64,000 nucleotides of DNA from Callorhinchus milii (lineage: Eukaryota), in the NCBI RefSeq assembly GCF_018977255.1, contig NW_024704752.1, forward strand, positions 682,001-746,000, written 5' to 3'. The notes beneath the pieces were generated by a model, which made no database searches, was not told the origin of the DNA, and saw nothing but the letters and a program-made list of their open reading frames with translations. Numbering within the stretch: position 1 is the first letter of the stretch; every line of letters starts with the position of its first letter. Positions 62,590 through 64,000 of the stretch are shown one piece after another. Position numbers and translations under genes: made by a program.

Positions 62590-64000
62590 GTTGAAGTTTT
62601 CAGAAGTGTGCGCACGCGAGAAAAAAAAACCTCTGCGCCCCCCCACTGGTCCTGTTGAGTTGGCTGCCCCAGCCTATGGGATAATGTTTCCATCCACCTG
62701 ACCGCTCGCTCCCGGTCCCCGCGTGCGCACTATGGCTATGATCCGAACCCCCTCCCTCCCTCCTCCCCTCCTCCCCTCCCTCCCTCCTCCCTCCTCTCTA
62801 CCCCCAAACCCTCCCCCCTCTGCATCTTGCCCTATCCCCCTACTCCTCTGGCTCTTTCCCTTCTTTTGAGCACCTCATCCTCTCCCACCGCTCCTTCCTC
62901 TCACTTAAAATCCTCCTCCTCTACCGGCCCCCTAAAACCTCTCCCACCTTCATCTCTGACATTTCAACACTCCTCACATCTCTTTGCCTCTGCTCCGATC
63001 GCCTCATCATCCTGGCGACTTTAACCTACACTTCACACCCTCCTGCTCCATCTCCACAGACTTCTCTTCCCTGCTTTCCTCGCTCAACCTCTCCCTCCAC
63101 ATCAACTCCCCCACTCACAGTCACGGCCACCCACTCGACTTGGTGATCACCCGGGGCCTCAGTGTCTCGGATGTCACTATCACCGACAATGGCTGTCTCC
63201 GACCACCACTTTATCTCCTTCAGCACCTCCACCCCCCTCCCCACCTCCACCAGACCCACCACCATCTTCTACCGCCCCTGGAAGAAGTTACCCCCACAAT
63301 CCCTAACCGCTGCCTTGGAGTCCTCTGAACTCCTCTCCCTCTGGCCTTCAACCCTGACTGACCACTCTTCTGCTCTCACCCTCCTCCACAACACCCTCTC
63401 CTCCACACTCGATACTCTTGCCCCCATCACCTTCCGTACTGTCTCCTACTCTCGCTCCTCCCGCTGGTTCACCACCCACCTCCGCTCACTGAAGAGCCAG
63501 GTGCGGGGCCGCTGAACGCACCTGGGTCAAATCTGGCCTAACGGTCCACCGACAAATCTGGCTGGACCTCCTCAAAACCTACCGCTCCACTCTAGCCTCG
63601 GCCAAATCGTCCTTCTACTCCAGGATAATCCTGGAGGCGAAGATCAACCCCAGGCTACTGTTTTCTACCACATCCCGAATCCTCTTCGCCCCCACCACCC
63701 CGGGCAGGTCATCTCCTCCAACCTTCACTGCGAGGAGATGCTGGATTTCCTTGAATCCAAAATCAAGGGAATTCGCTCCGCGGTCACTTCCCCTCCAACA
63801 TCCAACCACCCCCCACCCCCTCCCTCCCACACTCCGACTCCTACCCATCCTCCCCTACACACTTTCGTACCCGTTTCCCCACCCTCTGTCACCAAACTCA
63901 TCCTATCCCTGAAACCCACCACCTGCTCCCTTGACCCCATCCCCACTCCACTCCTTATCTCCCAGCTCCACCTCCTTGCCCCACATATCACAGACATCGT
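62590..64000 (+). mobile_element. L2-clade LINE ORF2 (APE endonuclease region onward), running off the window
   Basis: GDFNLH..SPTHSHGHPLDLVITRG..VSDHHFISF; the end reads LKPTTCSLDPIPT; frameshifted. Confidence 0.85.

Noticed and set aside
1-64000. CRISPR arrays, recombination signal sequences or other programmed-rearrangement signals
   Set aside because: I saw no repeat-spacer arrays or heptamer-nonamer pairs at module boundaries. The mosaicism is explained by ordinary germline homologous exchange.

Overview
This is eukaryotic (vertebrate) DNA. The CR1, L2 and tRNA-derived DeuSINE-like repeats suggest a cartilaginous fish (inference). The window is a tandem, all-plus-strand cluster of six-exon V2R/OlfC-type class C GPCR chemoreceptor genes (Venus flytrap domain, nine-cysteine domain, 7TM). 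There are seven loci. A1 is partial (382-4617). B2 (7549-13767), A3 (20369-25584), A6 (46075-51388) and B7 (54850-62456) have open spliced reading frames; B7 has a GC donor and an N-gap in intron 1. psiB4 (30811-33495) is a truncated pseudogene. C5 (34799-40683) is a chimeric copy with two 1-bp frameshifts. Exon lengths are 206, 292 or 298, 831, 228, 124 and 911 bp. No new system can be claimed from sequence alone. The notable structure is as follows. (1) The 7TM exon is near-identical across otherwise divergent receptor types. (2) Near-identical paralogs vary sharply at codons bordering the ligand pocket. (3) The genes are mosaics organised in repeated A-B units. (4) The pseudogene carries an 88-bp inverted self-insertion that could form a hairpin. 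(5) A dead duplicate exon 1 sits inside A-type intron 1. (6) The three promoter types share an O/E-like site plus TATA element. All identities and repeat boundaries were read by eye.
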